This document shows positions 61,456 to 64,000 of a DNA stretch of 64,000 nucleotides, piece after piece. The DNA comes from Macrostomum lignano (taxonomy: Eukaryota), in NCBI GenBank assembly GCA_002269645.1, contig NIVC01003307.1, positions 1-64,000 on the forward strand, given 5' to 3'. How positions within the stretch are numbered: the stretch's first letter is position 1; the number at the start of each line of letters is the position of its first letter. The notes beneath the pieces were generated by a model. The model saw nothing but the letters and a program-made list of their open reading frames with translations. It was not told where the DNA came from and ran no database searches. Both the position numbers and the translations under genes were made by a program.

Positions 61456-61694
61456 TGAGGCGCTGCCCAATCGCCCAGCCTCTCTGAGCTTTTGAAACTG
61501 CGTTGGACGAAACGGAGACTTTTACTGTTGTTGTATTTGATGGCTTGTTGCTTCTGCCTCTGTTGTTGTTTTGTTGTTCCGTCTGTCGGAAAGTTGCTTA
61601 GTCGATTTGTTAGCACATTTTTTGGTCCTTTCAGTTGCTTCTGGACTTCCGTTGCTTTTTGCACTTCTCCAATTTTTCTTGATAAAGGCTGTTT

Positions 61695-64000
61695 ACTGAT
61701 GAAGATTATTGATTGCTGAAGATTATTGATTGGTGAAGATTATTGATTGGTGAAGATTATTGATTGGTGAAGATTATTGATTGGTGAAGATTATTGATTG
61801 CTGAAGATTATTGATTGGTGAAGATTATTGATTGGTGAAGATTATTAATTGCTGAAGATTATTGATTGGTGAAGATTATTGATTGGTGAAGATTATCGAT
61901 TGATTAAGATTATTGATTGCTGAAGATTATTGATTGGTGAAGATTATCGATTGATTAAGATTATTGATTGCTGAAGATTATTGATTGGTGAAGATTATCG
62001 ATTGATTAAGATTATTGATTGCTGAAGATTATTGATTGGTGAAGATTATCGATTGATTAAGATTATTGATTGGTGAAGATTATTGATTGCTGAAGATTAT
62101 TGATTGCTAAAGATTATCGATTGGTGAAGATTATTGATTGGTGAAGATTATTGATTGGTGAAGATTATTGATTGGTGAAGATTATTGATTGGTGAAGATT
62201 ATTGATTGATGAAGATTATTGATTGATGAATATTATTGATTGATGAAGATTATTGATTGATTATGATTATTGATTGATGAAGATTATTGATTGGTGAAAA
62301 TTATTATTTGGTGAAGATTATCGATTGGTGAAGATTATCGATTGGTGAAGATTATTGATTGCTGAAGATTATTGATTGGTGAAGATTATTGATTGGTGAA
62401 GATTACCGATTGCTGAAGATTATTGATTGATTATGATTATTGATTGATGAAGATTATTGATTGGTGAAGATTATTGATTGGTGAAGATTACCGATTGCTG
62501 AAGATTATTGATTGATTATGATTATTGATTGATGAAGATTATTGATTGCTGAAGATTATTAATTGGTGAAGATTATTGATTGGTGAAGATTATTGATTGG
62601 TGAAGATTATTGATTGCTGAAGGGTATTGATTGGTGAAGATTATTGATTAATGAAGATTATTGATTGGTGAAGATTATTGATTGATGAAGATTATTGATT
62701 GCTGAAGATTATTGATTGCTGAAGATTATTGATTGCTGAAGATTATTGATTGGTGAAGATTATTGATTGGTGAAGATTATTGATTGCTGAAGATTATTGA
62801 TTGCTGAAGATTATTGATTGCTGAAGATTATTGATTGCTGAAGATTATTGATTGGAGAAGATTATTAATTGGTGAAGATTATTGATTGATGAAGATTATT
62901 GATTGATTATGATTATTGATTGCTGAAGATTATTGATTAGTGAAGATTATTGATTGGTGAAGATTATTGATTGGTGAAGATTATTGATTGGTGAAGATTA
63001 TTGATTGCTGAAGATTATTGATTGGTGAAGATTATTGATTGGTGAAGATTACCGATTGCTGAAGATTATTGATTGATTATGATTATTGATTGATGAAGAT
63101 TATTGATTGGTGAAGATTATTGATTGGTGAAGATTACCGATTGCTGAAGATTATTGATTGATTATGATTATTGATTGATGAAGATTATTGATTGCTGAAG
63201 ATTATTAATTGGTGAAGATTATTGATTGGTGAAGATTATTGATTGGTGAAGATTATTGATTGCTGAAGGGTATTGATTGGTGAAGATTATTGATTAATGA
63301 AGATTATTGATTGGTGAAGATTATTGATTGATGAAGATTATTGATTGCTGAAGATTATTGATTGCTGAAGATTATTGATTGCTGAAGATTATTGATTGGT
63401 GAAGATTATTGATTGGTGAAGATTATTGATTGCTGAAGATTATTGATTGCTGAAGATTATTGATTGCTGAAGATTATTGATTGCTGAAGATTATTGATTG
63501 GAGAAGATTATTAATTGGTGAAGATTATTGATTGATGAAGATTATTGATTGATTATGATTATTGATTGCTGAAGATTATTGATTAGTGAAGATTATTGAT
63601 TGGTGAAGATTATTGATTGGTGAAGATTATTGATTGGTGAAGATTATTGATTGATGAAGATTATTGATTGATTATGATTATTGATTGGTGAAGATTATTG
63701 ATTGGTGAAGATTATTGATTGGTGAAGATTATTGATTGGTGAAGATTATTGATTGGTGAAGATTATTGATTGGTGAAGATTATTGATTGATGAAGATTAT
63801 TGATTGATTATGATTATTGATTGGTGAAGATTATTGATTGGTGAAGATTATTGATTGGTGAAGATTATTGATTGGTGAAGATTATTGATTGGTGAAGATT
63901 ATTGATTGCTGAAGATTATTAATTGGTGAAGATTATTGATTGGCGAAGATTATTGATTGGTGAAGATTATTGATTGCTGAAGGGTATTGATTGGTGAAGA
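61695..64000. repeat. 17-bp minisatellite running to the window end
   Basis: Unit GAAGATTATTGATTGST. Confidence 0.98.

Noticed and set aside
61450-61500. Hammerhead-like CTGATGAG...GAAAC (also CTGATGAG at about 42520)
   Set aside because: No stem II or stem I/III pairing could be formed.

Overview
Eukaryotic (metazoan) genomic DNA, not prokaryotic: GC-rich exons with GT-AG introns, nearly all filled by tandem repeats. The style suggests a free-living flatworm such as Macrostomum, but this is inference and unverified. Left to right: (1) a frameshifted Polinton/Maverick-type protein-primed DNA polymerase B with an adjacent intronless zinc-finger ORF; (2) an inverted, internally deleted mini-copy of the neighbouring LRRC40 gene; (3) LRRC40 (-, 4 exons), head-to-head with a co-oriented, tightly spaced NDC80 (6 exons), RAD54B (8 exons), OXSM (3 exons) cluster on +; (4) a 100-bp satellite with a LINE insertion; (5) intronless SOBP (-); (6) a decayed RTE-like LINE; (7) an intronless M13/neprilysin-like peptidase (+). 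Two non-autonomous DNA transposons have clear TIRs and TSDs. Most notable: OXSM has no in-frame ATG and may get its start codon from a trans-spliced leader in an operon; almost every intron holds its own private array, many sharing an AT(C/T)CTC core; and an antisense LRRC40 exon copy bracketed by both of its flanking intron satellites lies 2 kb past the gene. All gene models and family assignments come from manual reading and motif recognition; no database searches were run. Most long ORFs in the supplied track are artefacts of tandem repeats.
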